The position numbers and the translations under genes are program-made. The notes beneath the pieces are model-generated. The model did no database searches. It was not told the origin of the DNA and saw only the letters and a list, made by a program, of their open reading frames with translations. A stretch of DNA of 64,000 bases, from NCBI GenBank assembly GCA_951406725.2, contig OX597831.1, positions 70,184,001-70,248,000 on the forward strand, written 5' to 3'. Every line of letters starts with the position of its first letter. The stretch's first letter is position 1. This document shows positions 14,509-28,660 of the stretch, piece after piece. Source of the DNA: Octopus vulgaris. Lineage: Eukaryota.

Positions 14509-15102
14509 GCAGATAGAGGACAGAAGTATTAACCTACATAGTTTGAATAGTTATAAAAGACATAAAGAACTTCATATCTTATATGCACCAATGACGTTTT
14601 TGATATGCAAGCCATATAACTGACTGTTGAAGTAATAACAGATTCTAAATCAATCAAACTTATTAGAACAAAAAGAAAATTGATATACTTCTAGTCATCT
14701 TTATCTAGTATTACTGTTTAAGACTATACTTAACCATTGAAGAAGTTTAGTAATTTGCTGTTGTATTGCCTTCATATTAATTGGAATATCAAGTTTGCTC
14801 CCCTTGTCTTTTTTGACTGTGAAAAATTAATATTCTGATGATTATTTTTCTTCCCTACAAATATAATTTGAATCACTTAATAAGTCTTTATTCACTACAC
14901 TAAGTATTTTAGTACTACCTGCCTTTAACAATTCTAGTTTACAATTAAATACTTATCTTTAGTCCTCTATAGGTTTTGTTTACTATTAAATACTTTCACT
15001 TCACCATTCTCCAGTCATTTACGACAGACAAAATAATGACAGGTATAACAAGTAAATTTAGTTAAATGTGTCAACTAATAATGAAAACTTTATCCGAAAC
15101 AT

Positions 15103-15467
15103 ACTCTTTTACTCTTTTACTCTTTTACTTGTTTCAGTCATTTGACTGCGGCCATGCTGGGGCACCACCTTTAGTTGAGCAAATCGACCCTAGGACTTAT
15201 TCTTTGTAAGCCTAGTACTTATTCTATCGTTCTCTTTTGCTGAACCGCTAATTGACGGGGACATAAACACACCAGCATCGGTTGTCAAGCAATGCTACGG
15301 GGACAAACACAAACACACAAACACACACACACTCATACATACACATATACGACGGGCTTCTTTCAGTTTCCATCTACCAAATCCACTCACAAGGCTTTGG
15401 TCGGCCCGAGGCTATAGTAGAAGACACTTGCCCAAGATGCCACGCAGTGGGATTGAACCCGGAACCA
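15103..15467 (-). mobile_element. SINE family A (5'-truncated)
   Basis: Reverse-complement copy lacking the A box. Confidence 0.9.
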
Positions 15468-15684
15468 CCAAAATATTATCAACATTCTAAGGTGCTTACC
15501 TAAATGAAAATATGATAGACATAACTGAATCTTCATGTTATGGATTGCTGGAAAGTTAATCTAATGAAACCAGTTTTTCTCTGGATTGTTGAAGCTGTTT
15601 AGCTTCATATCAACCCTGAAAGATGTTCCAGCTTTGACTATTTCCACTTTTCCGTGTGTAAATCAGGGAGTATAATGTTCAATA

Positions 15685-15997
15685 TCACCATCACCGTGAC
15701 CGACCAGGCCATCAGATGTTGTTACACATCGCTGGTCACAATGCGCTTCGCATTGTTTTAGCCTTCAAGTGACGCCACCCCGCTGGCTAAGCGAGGAGGC
15801 CAACAGAAGAAAGAGTGAGAGAAAGTTGTGGCAAAAGAGTACAGCAGGAATCGCCACCACCCTCTGCAGGAGCCTCATGGAGCTTTTTTAGGTGTTTTCG
15901 GTCAATAAACACTCACAACGCCCAGTCTGGGAGTTGAAACCGCAATCCTACAGCCATGAGTCCGCTGCCCTAACCACTAGGCCATTGCGCCTCCACA
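15685..15997 (-). mobile_element. SINE family C (tail type 2)
   Basis: Same tRNA-like head as the 7636 and 27652 copies but a different 3' tail, shared with 62181-62490. Confidence 0.85.
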
Positions 15998-16569
15998 ATA
16001 TATTCTTTAAAATGTGAATGTGTAACTTGTGGAAGATGTTACTGCCATCTCTAGCAGATCTACCAGCCACACAAAGATTTCCTAATTGACTTGTTTCTTC
16101 ATCATCTTATTTATTATAAATGGAAATTAATGGTGTAGAGATCAGATGAAGTGAATTAACTCATCTGAATGTCATTTGTCTATTGGTAGAATTCAGTTTG
16201 CCAAGAGATTATTCCATATTTATGGCTCTTGTGTCAATTTAAGTTTATGAAATTGTAAATAATCAAATAATTTCATTCAGTAATGGCAAAAATCACAGCT
16301 GACTGGGTATACTCTTTGTTAGTCTCTTGGCTGAAAGATTGACAGTTTGTATCCTATTTATGACTGTGTTGTGTCTCTGACTAAGACTGTTACCGATCTT
16401 TATTCTAACAAAATATGATCGTAAACAGAATCCCTGTGAAAGTACATCTCTTTGACATAATTGGGCAGTACACCACATACCGACTGGTTTAACAACACCA
16501 GGCTTTGAGTAATTTCCTCAGAGTTCCTTCTTCTATAAAATTCAGACCAGATCTGCAGGTTCTATCTTC

Positions 16570-16935
16570 TGTCTTTTACTTGTTCCAATTGCTGGACTGT
16601 AGCCATGCTGGGGCACACTATGAAGTGTTTCTGCCAAGTCAAATCGATCCCAGTACTTGTTTTTTTTTTTTCTAAGTCTGGTACTTAGTAGTTTAGCAAA
16701 AGTGATTAATACACTAAGTTGTTAGTACATAACGAAACCATCAGATGTCAAGCAAACGATGGATAAACACACACACACACACACACACACAAATATACAA
16801 TAAGTTTCCACACAGTTTCTGTCTTCTAAATTCATTCACAGGGCAATGGTTGACCTGGGGTTATTGAAAGCAATTGCTTAAGGTGCCGTGCAGTAGGACT
16901 GAACCTGAATTCATGTGGCTACAAGCAAGCTTCTT
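16570..16935 (-). mobile_element. SINE family A, old degraded copy
   Basis: Recognisable GCCATGCTGGGGCAC and GGACTGAACC blocks. Confidence 0.7.
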
Positions 16936-17251
16936 AAGTGGACAAAATCATTAGAGTTTTGTGGTATTTATTCTGGCTTCTTGCCTTCTGAATCCAAATC
17001 CCTTCAAGGACAACTTAGTCTTTCATCCTTTCGGGGTCAATATTTCTAGCATTTTAGCCGACAAGTTTGCAGAATCCTTAACACACAGGACAAAATGCTT
17101 TCCAGCATTTCATCCATCTTTACATTCTGAGTTCAATTCTTGCCACGGTTGACTTTGCTTTTCACCCTTTTGGGACGAGCACAGGGGTCACTGTAATTGA
17201 CTTACCTCTTCTCCCAGAATTGCTGGCTTTGTGTCAAAATTTGAAACTAAT

Positions 17252-17896
17252 AGGCACAGGAGTGGCTGTGTGGTAAGTAGCTTGTTTACCAACCACATGG
17301 TTCCGGGTTCAGTCCCACTGCGTGGCACCTTGGGCAAGTGTCTTCTACTATAGCCTCGGGCCGACCAAAGCCTTGTGCATGGGTTTGGTAGATGGAAACT
17401 GAAAGAAGCCCATCGTATATATGTATATATATGTATATATATGTATATATATATATTTCTTTACTACCCACAAGGGGCTAAACACAGAGGAGACAAACAA
17501 GGACAGACAAACGGATTAAGTCGATTACATCGACCCCAGTGCGCAACTGGTACTTAATTTATCAACCCCGGAAGGATGAAAGGCAAAGTCGACCTCGGCG
17601 GAATTTGAACTCGGAACGTAACGGCAGACGAAATACGGCAACGCATTTCGCCCGGCGTGCTTAACGTTATGTATATATATATGTGTGCGTGTATGTTTGT
17701 GTTTGTCCCCCTAGCATTGCTTGATAACCGATGCTGGTGTGTTTATGTCCCTGTCACTTAGCGGTTCGGCAAAAGAGACCGATAGAATAAGTACTGGGCT
17801 TACAAAGAATAAGTCCCGGGGTTGAGTTGCTCGATTAAAGGCGGTGCTCCAGCATGGACTGAAACAAGTAAAATAGTAAAAGAGAGTAAAGAGAGT
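17252..17896 (+). mobile_element. SINE family A interrupted by a family B SINE
   Basis: 5' half 17252-17455 and 3' half 17669-17896 flank the nested insertion. Confidence 0.9.
17455..17668 (-). mobile_element. SINE family B nested in the (TA)n of a family A SINE
   Basis: Matches 33973-34206; CpG-rich, therefore young. Confidence 0.9.
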
Positions 17897-19351
17897 CAGT
17901 CTCTCCACTATTATGGAAAGTATCAAACAACAACAACAGCATCTGCCATAAATAAAGCATGGTTATTGTTGTTGCTATTGTTTATGTTGTGATTATGATG
18001 TCCTGTTATCAGGCAGAATATCTAAGACTGCATTTATAAAGTACTTTGTTTTTCAGTCAAGTGTTATTTGAAACACTGCATAACTATTCAAAGCAGTGTT
18101 AGGGAACCCTTCACCTGCATTAAAATTTGAAACTACTGCCACCACCACCACCACCACCACCACCATTGTCATCGTCACCATCATTTTTATGCCAGTGGGG
18201 GTTGTGATAGTCATCATGGCCAGAGTCAGTCTTTATTATGAGTTACTGCTCTTCTAGATGGGTCAGGGGACTGCATGTCATTCATGTCCCATGTTTTGGT
18301 ATGATTTGTATGACCCATCATAACATAGATTCTACCTATGAATTTGTATCATTAAATATTTATCTTCCATGATTCAGATAAATCCTGACAGGATTTGTAA
18401 TTTAGCCGCGATCCTAAAGTAGTTCTCCACTTCATTACAGTTGGTGTTACATTAGTGGTAAATTATTTGTTAGGCTTTATTTCTCCTTCTATAACTTGCC
18501 AGCAAAGTAAAATTTATACAAAGGTCAGTTTGCAATGTACAGTTCTGCTAAATGGAATCAATTCATTCCATCTACACATCTCACTGATTGATTGCTAATG
18601 TTTTTCAATAGCACCAGCTTTATTACAATTCCTCTTACTTCAAATCAATGTTTTCCCATTGGTTCAAAGGACCATTTGTTATTTAAAAGCGGTAAATCAA
18701 ACTTTTGGTTGGTAAAGTTTCACTAAGGTTTCACAGAAGTTATCTTCAGTGTATCTAAAGCACATTAACTTATTGGAACTGAAGCTAGAATCATTAAAGA
18801 ATTTTAACTGAGCCCTGGAAGCCAGTAATTGTCTCATCAATTCTACAACGAGGAAATTTGAAGGACTCATTAATTCTGTGATATTTATATGCAGCAGTGT
18901 GGACTGGGCCGTTGATAATCAGGAGTCCCAGCCAAGGACATGGAGCAGCATCAGTATTCGAATGATGCATAATAAAATCACTTCATTTTAGCTTGAAAGA
19001 TTTGCAATTGCAATTCTGCTTTTATAGTTCCATAAAATTGGAATTGCCTCTTCAAGAGTTAGTTTCAATATTCAAATAAAACTGTTCACAACATTCATGA
19101 AAGAAAAAAAAATTATCCTGCCAGCATTCCATCCTGGTTTTAATTTAGAGAATTATTTTTGTGCTTGTTTTCTATTTAGATTCTTGTAGTTACCGAAATA
19201 TTGATTGAAATGGCATGATTACCAGAAATTTGCATATCTACACAGATGCTCACACAAAAACGCCTCTTACAGGTAGTTTGATGAAACAATCTCTGCATTC
19301 TGTCTTCTATTGATCTTCTATAATTTCTATTGAAATCAAATAATTAACCTC

Positions 19352-19352
<1 letters not shown>

Positions 19353-19388
<36 letters not shown>

Positions 19389-19522
19389 ACATCATCATCA
19401 TCATCATCATTATCATCATCATCTAATATACTACTACTATTGCTGCCTTTCTCTCACCCTATCTAACTCCATATCATCGTCATCATCATCATCATCATCA
19501 TCACCACGACCATCACCATCAT
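19353..19522. repeat. (CAT)n microsatellite
   Basis: Direct reading. Confidence 0.9.
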
Positions 19523-22500
19523 TTTTATTATCGACATCAAGGTTCCTAATAGAATTTCAAAATGTTGGGCTATCAAATTAAACATGTTATCATATATTTA
19601 TTCTATTTTATCCCAGGCCAAGTCTCAGAGGTGTTTGCATGTGACAGTAGCATTTGAATATTAAGTAGGGAGCACGTGGATGAGCAGTTACAGTGGTCAT
19701 CCAGTATCTATAGAGGGGAAAATGTAGATCTTTCTGCGACCATTGTGCATTTTGTTAGAACTAATATATTTACTGAGGTTATGCATTACAATAATTTTTA
19801 TCCTAAAATGCAAGTGTACCCAGTGGCCATCCCTTCATCAGTGTGGTCAGCAGTGTCTAACTTAGTCTGGAGGAAGTGGTAGTACCAATGGTCATTGCAG
19901 GCCCTATGAAAGTGTTGAGATTGTGGGGTCTGAGGAGTTCGAATCAGTATGGTGTGTCTGGAAGAAGCCCCAAAATCACCCTATGGGCCAAGATCCATCT
20001 TTTCTGCATACTGATTTTTTTGTATGAGTTCCTAGATTTCGTCTACCTTGAACTTACAGAACATTGCCAACTTGGAAGATATTGAAGAAATATAAGAGGT
20101 AGAAGTTGGAATTGAAACTACCAATTGGTTCACAAAGTTGCAGTGTCTCCTGTCCATGGTAGTGGGACAGAAAAAGCTATCACCATTTGTAAGGCTGGGG
20201 ATAGAATATCAGGAAAAGGAGGTGACATAAAAGAAAAATAACCTTTTTCTATTAATTATTTGCACTGTGATAGGCATGAATGATTTAAAAACACACAGAA
20301 AAAATAACATAAGATGCATATGCAGAAAAAAATATTTCATACAGACATATCAGGTCATGGTGAGCCAGCAGGAAACAGCAGCCAAAAGCTATTAACAGGA
20401 TTATATGTATGGAAACCCATTGCGTGCAGAATTCATTGTGCAGTACTTAGCATGTATAGCCAGTTTAGCTGTGTTATTGCTGTTTAGAGTTTCCTTCTTT
20501 TTTATTCAACAGATCACTTCAGCCACATCACCAATCTTTAGAGAAGTATTCTGTCATCTAGGGTCACAATTTTAGTGTGATCGTTAGTCATATATTTTTC
20601 TGAGGGTGTGCTCAAGTTATGAAGGTTTTATGTGTCGGCAATGACCACATTGAAGTTTGAGGTTTTAAATATTTTATTAACCTCCATCATTATATTGACA
20701 AATGTACATTCAATAAATTAATGAATCAATGTTCAATGCACATAATGGTTAAGAATCTTCTGCATATAACTTGTTGGATAGTGTAACGAAGTGCAAGGTA
20801 ATTAATCACTGCATATAATTAATATGTGTTACTGGACATGTCAAGTAAAGGTTAGTACCTTTTATCGACTACGACATAGGCATGTTACTTGAAAGTGAAA
20901 GTAAAAGATAGCAAGAGAGACTGACTCATTGAGACAAACGATATAGATTCCCCGAGATAGCTTCACAGCTCTTTGATCAGATTGGATTTGCCAAGTCGTT
21001 TTATAGCTCTTAACGATCCTTCTACAATCTACAGTCAAACCGTTTGGTGGGAAATCTTGCACACTTCTTTCAAAGATTGCTGTCTCAGACAAACTAAGTT
21101 GGCTAGTGCTGATTGGTCGAGCTATATTTGCATAAGTGTTCATACCTTTTATGGTGACACTTCCTTTATATGGAAAAATATATTAGTTCATGGATGTGGA
21201 CTTGAAACATTTGAGATCAGTCGTTCAAATCTAAGCTGGAGTCTGACTACATTGTAGATAGAGAAGACAGCAACAATTTGTAAAAGACTTTTGTGTGTCT
21301 GTTTATGCCATAAAAGCAGTGAACTTTTGAAGAACATGTACATGAGATGTCTCTGAAACAAATTTGTAGCAAAATATTATTTTACCACCGAACAGGAACA
21401 ATGCCAAAAAGTTCGTTTGAAATAGCAGTCAAACACCTCTATATACCAAGGCTAAATGTTCAGATGCATGGAAAAACATTGGACACAGCATTATATCAGT
21501 GTTGGCATTGGTTCACAAGTATTACTTTTATAGTTGTGGTTTTCTGAGTCACAAATTTGGTGGCTGAGATATCCAATCACTAATTTAGTGGTTTTAGCAT
21601 GCTGGTAGCCATTTAAGTTGTTGAGATCTCCAATTTTTAGAGTGGTGTTTAGTAATAAATTCTTCATTGGTAGTTTACTGTATTAGACAGGCTACATGGA
21701 AAGACAAAAATGACTACACTAATATTTATTTCAGCTTTCATGTATTTTATTAACCTACATGAGTATATATATAAATAATGTAACAGGACAACGTTTATGA
21801 AACAACAAACATAATAAAGAGGAAGCTTCTGTAATACGTCATGTTAAGTAATATGAAAGTAGTCCATAGTTATTGAAGAGAAAATTAGTATAAGAAATTA
21901 AATCTGCTGCATATAAGTAATGTATGTATGATTTCACTCTACAAGGTTGGTGGATTTTGTTGAATATAACATAAGCATGTTAAATGATAAAAAAGGGAAA
22001 GGAGTTGAGAGATTGACTCATTGAACAAAGCAACATAGTTTCATCTGAATGAGTGAGTGGTTCTGGTCTGAGGTTGAAGTTGTCGACTTTTTATAACAGT
22101 AAGCCAAATTTTCTAGAACTTTGATCAAGTTATTTGGCTAGAGGACTCACAATTTCTTTGCTGTTCACCACATCAACGATAGCAAGTCATCAACTGCTGA
22201 TTGGCTGAGCCATAAACATGTGGATATCGGTGCCTTTTGCAGCAATACAGTCAGCCATGCTTCTGATTTTGGTAAGCCTGAGAATAATGGTTCAAAATTC
22301 AATAATAGCATTGCAACAAAACAGAATCAGTCATGTTCTTTTTCCAAGAGCATTAGAGGAATAAGAGATTAAATATTGTTTCAACAAGGAACATTGTAGT
22401 AGTGTCTTGTCAGATTACCACCTGATACAACTTACTAATCACTGAACATCATATAATTCATGAGTGTAAATATATCCTAGAGGTAATCCACAGGTAATGA

Positions 22501-22675
22501 TGCTTCAGTATATGACAATGATAGCCAAAATGCTTTTGGAATAAATAAAAAAGAAAGAAATGAAGTACACGATAATTAATTTTATACTCTAGGAAAGGAA
22601 AGAAGTTGACTTCAACATTTCAGACAGTAGCCCTTCATTAAGAACAAGGGGAGATGGTAAAAATTGAAATAGTGG

Positions 22676-23087
22676 CTGGAGTGGCTGTGTGGTAAGTAGC
22701 TTGCTAACCAACCACATGGTTCCAGGTTCAGTCCCACTGCGTGGCATCTTGGGCAAGTGTCTTCTACTGTAGCCCCGGGCCGACCAATGCCTTGTGAGTG
22801 GATTTGGTAGACGGAAACTGAAAGAAGCCCGTCGTATATATGTATATATATATATATATATGTATGTGTGTTTGTTTGTGTGTCTGTGTTTGTCCCCCTA
22901 GCATTGCTTGACAACCGATGCTGGTGTGTTTATGTCCCTGTTACTTAGTGGTTCAGCAAAAGAGACCGATAGAATAAGTACCGGGCTTACAAAAAGAATA
23001 AGTCCCGGGGTTGAGTTGCTCGACTAAAGGCGGTGCTCCAGCATGGCCGCAGTCAAATGACTGAAACAAGTAAAAGAGTAAAGAGAG
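22676..23087 (+). mobile_element. SINE family A
   Basis: Full-length copy. Confidence 0.9.
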
Positions 23088-25088
23088 TTGTTCCTAAGAA
23101 GTTTTGTTTTACAATGAAAGCCAAATTGAAATTGAATGAAATGGATTATAGTGTAAGGTAGAATAGAAATGAGTTCTTTGCTCAAAGTAAAGAGTCCAAC
23201 TCATGTCATATTGTTGCTTATCATGTTGTCACTCTTGAATCTTATTTCATGTCACAGTTTATATCACAATTTGTAAACATTATCACTGAGATGAACAATA
23301 CCTTCTTTTATTATGGAAAATTATTGACTCTCTACATTTCTAAAGGTAATTGTAACAAGGGAGTCTATAATTTGGTGCAAAACAAATATCCCAAGAGACC
23401 ATCATTTATTGATTCTCTCATTTACATTTTTCACTAACATATATTAAGAAAGTAAATATACATTCACTCATACATATATATTATGAAGTTGAGGCTAGTT
23501 TTATAACCCATCTGGTCATCTCCAAGTGGCAGTGTAAATACATTGAGGTAACAAAAACTTTGGGTTTGTTACATCTTATGAAACTAGCTTCACTTTGCTA
23601 CAAAACAATCATAGTCCATGTTTTACCATTGCATTTTGTATACACACACACACACACACACACACTAATATTGAGCAGTGAGAATGAGTGACCAACATAG
23701 CATAGATGGATAAATTTTTCTTTTGTCAGTGGGGTTAGCCAGGGGGAAGCCAATAGCTTCACATGAAATGATTTTCACAATTGCTCAATCAGGAAAGTGT
23801 TGGTACTCATCTCCATTTTGAATGGGAATGCATAAGTTACATGAAACTGAATGGGATTTCAAAATAAATACACTAATCATGAGAGGTAACTTATAAGAAT
23901 ATCTTGATTGTTATCTCGCTTGCAAGATTATTGCAAGAAATTGCATTCATTATAGATTAATTAACTCACATAAGATTTTGCAAAAATCCAAGATGGTAGC
24001 AATCTGGATATTGAACATAGCTATTTCCCTAATGGCAACAGAATCTCATCTCCTTTCCTGCTAATTTAATTTGGCTTTTGTTAGATCTCTTTAAGGCTTC
24101 CTCACTGGGAATTACTTCTTTAATTTTTCAACCGATTCATCAGCAAACATTCCCACACAGTTAATTTTAAACTCTTCTGTTATGACCTTGAAGATTCTGA
24201 GAACTGAGCCCTGATGGCATATATCTTCATGCTAAATTCCTCACTGAACTCATTGCCAATTCTTACCTTGCTGATATTATCTAAATAGATGACTTGCATG
24301 CTCTCACAAAACATTCATCTATGCCTGTTTGCTTTAGTAACGACCTTGTTACAATCAAATTCTAATGGTCGCTACTTAGTTTTCAATCTTCAGTAATGCA
24401 TTACATAAATACCAATCATTCCCTTGGGTGTTACCAATTGATAGCACTATATTCACAACTAGTATATGGCCTTGAGCCAGTGTAAATATTCTTATTCCCA
24501 TAATACTACAAACAGACTTCCTGCAGAAGTGTTTCTGTATTTCACATTCTCTTCACTGTTAGACGCATAACATTGCTATACAAACATGTGACAAATATCA
24601 TCAACACACTTCATAATGATTCAGATGTTAATTAAAGATTGATACAGTTTCTAAGAGATTAGGAAAACACTTTATCAAATTAGAATGGAGCCACAATATT
24701 AGCGTTACTGCATTTAAGAACCAGGTGTTTCCTATATGCATTCTTTTATTAGCAAAGAGACAGATATTACAGACAATTATCTACAGGAAGAGAACTTTTG
24801 TTCTTTTGAAAGAAAAAGACATATTTCTTTTTCCTAATCTGATTCTTCTAAGAAAAGAAGAAAACAAAATAAAAATAAAGTAAACCTGATTGTTACTAAA
24901 TGTGTTACTAGGTTAGACTGAAGTACAGTAGAGAAGCAAGTGAAAAATCAGTTTTGGCATGCAAAAATTGTTTATGATTTCTCTGACTTTATTTGTATTT
25001 TTATTTTTTTGGTTCCTTTAAATGTTTTCTGTGAAATAAAGGATTATATACCTTGTATTTACATTCCATTTCCCTTTCTCTCCCTCCA

Positions 25089-25126
<38 letters not shown>

Positions 25127-25296
25127 TGTTGCACACTCTCACTATCATTTTCATTTAAGTGGGAAGTCAAATTTTGTGGATTTTCAAATTAGCTGTAAAA
25201 AAATTTAGTTCTATACGCTACAAAACACACACACACTCATATATATACATCTGTTGACTCACTAGAAGTGATAAGTTACTGGACTCAACACAAATT

Positions 25297-25540
25297 ATCT
25301 TTTATCTTTTACTTGTTTCAGTCATGAGAATGTGGTCATGCTGGGGCACCACCTTGAAGAATTTTTCGTTGAACAAATTGATCCCAGTACATTTAAAAAA
25401 ATATTTTTGTTAAACCTGATACTTATTCTATTGATCTCTTTTGCCAAACCACTAAGTTACAGGGGCATAAGCATATCAACACCAGTTCTCAAGCGATGGT
25501 GGGGACAAACACACACACACACACTCACATGCACACACAT
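25297..25540 (-). mobile_element. SINE family A, 3' half, degraded
   Basis: Tail and core match. Confidence 0.75.
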
Positions 25541-25619
25541 TAAAACATATATCATAAAAGCATTAATTAAAGATTTTAGAAAACAACTTTTTTCTGAACT
25601 AGAAAAAAATTCAAGGAAG

Positions 25620-27140
25620 CTTGTATTTGCATGAAATATACACCATATGCATACAAGGCATTAACAGTTCATTTCTTTTGTTCCAACTATCGATGCCTTT
25701 GGGTCAAACTTCTCAGTTTTTCACTCAAACAAACGTTACACCACATCTTTGATTTAAAGCTCTCATTCCTGTAAGTTCTGTTGTCTACAACAGACCAGGT
25801 AATTTTGAATTCTGTATCAGGCAAAAATCATATAAACTTCAACAATGCTGAGGCACATTTTCTGCCAATTCCAAGAAATGAATGTTTCTGCTTGTAATAA
25901 TGGTTTTTAAGTGTGCACCAAAATGTTTTAGATTGATCACTGCTGTTTGATTCAAACTTTGCACTGTATATTATCAACTTTGCCAGACAGTTACTGTCTA
26001 GTGGACACTTCTTGTGAATCCTGAGGTTGCATGATCTTTGATGGTTAGCTGTTTGCATCTCTCTTTTATTCATCTTTGTAGCATTATAACCTCTGATATA
26101 ACACAAAACTTTTGCAAGCTGAATAGCTAACCTTAACACAGTTCCTACTCAAGATTTTCCTATACTTATGTCCTTGCAGAAAATGGTGATCTATTAAATT
26201 AAGAAATTCACTAGGTTAAATACTGGGTTGTACTATTAAATATTCCTTTTCTTTCTACTACTATTCTTATGTTGTGTATTTCCAGTATTTTTATATATCT
26301 ACTCATCAGAAAAGCCACTATTTCTATGTACTTCATTATAATACCCAGCTGCACCCATAAAAGCATCTTCATCAGAATATAATGAGAATATATCTTTTTT
26401 ACTCTTTTTTTACTTGTTTCAGTCTATTGACTGCGGCCATGCTGGAGCACTGCCTTGTAGTCGAGCAAATCGACCCCAGGTCTTATTCTTTGTACGCCTA
26501 GTACTTATTCTATCGGTTTCTTTTGCTGAACCGCTAAGTAACGGGGACATAAACATACGAGCATCAGTTGTCAAGCGATGTTGTGGGGACAAACACAGAC
26601 ACACACACACATATATATACATATATATATATATGACAGGCTTCTTTCAGTTTCCGTCTACCAAATCCACTCACAAGGCATTGGGCGGCCCGAGGCTATA
26701 GTAGAAGACACTTGCCCAAGGTGCCACGCAGTGGGACTGAACCCAGAACCGTGTGGTTGGTAAGCAGACTACTTACCATACAGCCACTCCTGCACCTATA
26801 ATGTTTACTAATTTTGTTAATGAAGTTCCTCAGTATACAAGGTGGGTGATTCGATTGTCTATGTATATACAGTAACTTCTCAATTGGGCTGTGATATAGT
26901 CTGAAACTATTATTGACCAGTCTTAACTTTGCATCAAGCAAATTAAGGGCAATAAGGCTTTTATTTATAGAAATATTAAGTCCTATTTCCTGAAATACTT
27001 TAATCGAGTTATTCCTAAATCTTTCTAACTTATGATTTTGACTCACCTAGGCCCCATCATATGCTCCCATGGAAACACTGAATATTTCGTTCCCACTTTT
27101 CTTAATCCATATGTTATTATTGAAAACCCAGGAGTGATTT
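25620..27140 (-). mobile_element. Penelope-like retroelement relic (RT C-terminus + GIY-YIG region), interrupted by a SINE
   Basis: Peptides FSVSMGAYDGA, LLYIHRQSNHPPCIL and SCNLRIHKKCPLDSNCLAKLIIYSAK..KNHY..QKHSF match PLE RT and Cys-rich GIY-YIG motifs; many stops and frameshifts. Confidence 0.85.
26393..26798 (-). mobile_element. SINE family A inserted in the PLE relic
   Basis: Full-length reverse-complement copy. Confidence 0.9.
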
Positions 27141-27147
27141 TCTTGAC

Positions 27148-27194
<47 letters not shown>

Positions 27195-27489
27195 TATTTA
27201 GTCTTTTATGATTGCATCAAATAAATAAAATTCTACCAAAACAGCTGTTGTGAATTTTAGATGTCATTTGATTATTTTATATACATACATCACACCAAGT
27301 ACCCCCCACTGATTTGGATCTATGGTTTAAATTGGATTTGGTGCTTACATATTTATAGTATCCAATGAACGCTTGAGGTATTCAATGTTGTTTATTTCAA
27401 TGGCATCTTTATGTTAATGTACCTCTCTATTTCTGGTATCCTACAGGCTGATTCTTATCAATCGATATATATATGATATATATATATAC

Positions 27490-27547
<58 letters not shown>

Positions 27548-27651
27548 AGAATTCACAAGAAAACAACAACAAAAACGAAGACAGGTGGTGTAGACAACAA
27601 ACAGTTGTATTAGTTTAATGCTCAGGAAATATATACATATACATATATATA

Positions 27652-28035
27652 GTGGAGGCGCAATGGCCCAGTGGTTAGGGCAGCGGACTCGCGGTCATAA
27701 GATTGCGGTTTCGATTCCCAGACCAGGCGTTGTGAGTGTTTATTGAGCGAAAACACCTAAAGCTCCACGAGGCTCCGGCAGGGATGGTGGTGATCCCTGC
27801 TGTACTCTTTCACCACAACTTTCTCTCACTCTTACTTCCTGTTTCTGTTGTACCTGTATTTCAAAGGGCCGGCCTTGTCACTCTCTGTGTCACGCAGAAT
27901 ATCTCCGAGAAGCACGTTAAGGGTACACGTGTCTGTGGAGTGCTCAGCCACTTACACGTTAATTTCACAAGCAGGCTGTTCCGTTGATTCAGATCAACTG
28001 GAACCCTCATCGTCGTAATCGACGGAGTGCTTCCA
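27652..28035 (+). mobile_element. SINE family C (tail type 1)
   Basis: A box TGGCCCAGTGG, B box GTTTCGATTCC; pairs with 7636-8027. Confidence 0.9.
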
Positions 28036-28060
28036 CATATATATATATATAAATATATAA

Positions 28061-28272
28061 AGTTAATCCAAACATGAAAACACAAAGAGAAAACAGAACA
28101 ATGCGAGGACGTGGAACAAGTATAATATTATTGGACGCTCAGGAAAGAAGGAAAGAAGGATGGTTTAATGTTTCGAACGGAGCTCTTCATCAGAAACATA
28201 GGAAAAGGAAAGATCCAAAGAAGGGAAGACGGAGGAAAAAAAATCGCCAATGGTACACACGGGGTCACATTT
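28061..28272 (-). mobile_element. Small non-coding repeat with hammerhead-like motif (PLE-LTR/retrozyme-like)
   Basis: Second copy at 61920-62112; minus strand 28163-28197 reads GTTT CTGATGA A GAGC TCC GTTC GAAA CAT TA AAC. Confidence 0.65.
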
Positions 28273-28496
28273 TGTATATATATATATATATATATATACA
28301 CATACATATACATGAATATATAGGAAGTGTAAGCAGATGAGATCAAGAGATTCTCATCACAGAAAAAACCTAGTAGTGCTCAAATGATTTCAATTCGTAC
28401 TCCAAAACTTTTACTAAAGGCCATGACTACCAGAGGAATCTAGGTGAGCAGATATTGGGATAATGATACAAATAAACAAATAAAACTGTTTGGGTT

Positions 28497-28660
28497 AGGC
28501 TGTGTGGTTAGGGAGCTTGCTTCCTAGCTACATGGTTTCGGGTTCAGTCCCACTGCGTGGCACTTTGGGTAGGTGTCTTCCACTATAGCCTCGAGCCGAC
28601 CGGAGCTTTGTGATTGAATTCAGTAGGTGGAAGTTACTGCCGTGTTGTGTATGTGTGTGT
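28497..28660 (+). mobile_element. SINE family A, 5' half, degraded
   Basis: A/B boxes and core match. Confidence 0.75.

Noticed and set aside
18895-18990. GC-richer block as a coding exon (SVDWAVDNQESQPRTW)
   Set aside because: Weak polypyrimidine tract, no good donor, no recognisable homology.
19616-20085. Acceptor-like TCCCAG followed by short ORFs
   Set aside because: Stops in all frames; more likely degraded retroelement sequence.
27652-27725. tRNA-like sequence
   Set aside because: Head of a SINE that continues into body and tail; no clean cloverleaf or terminator.
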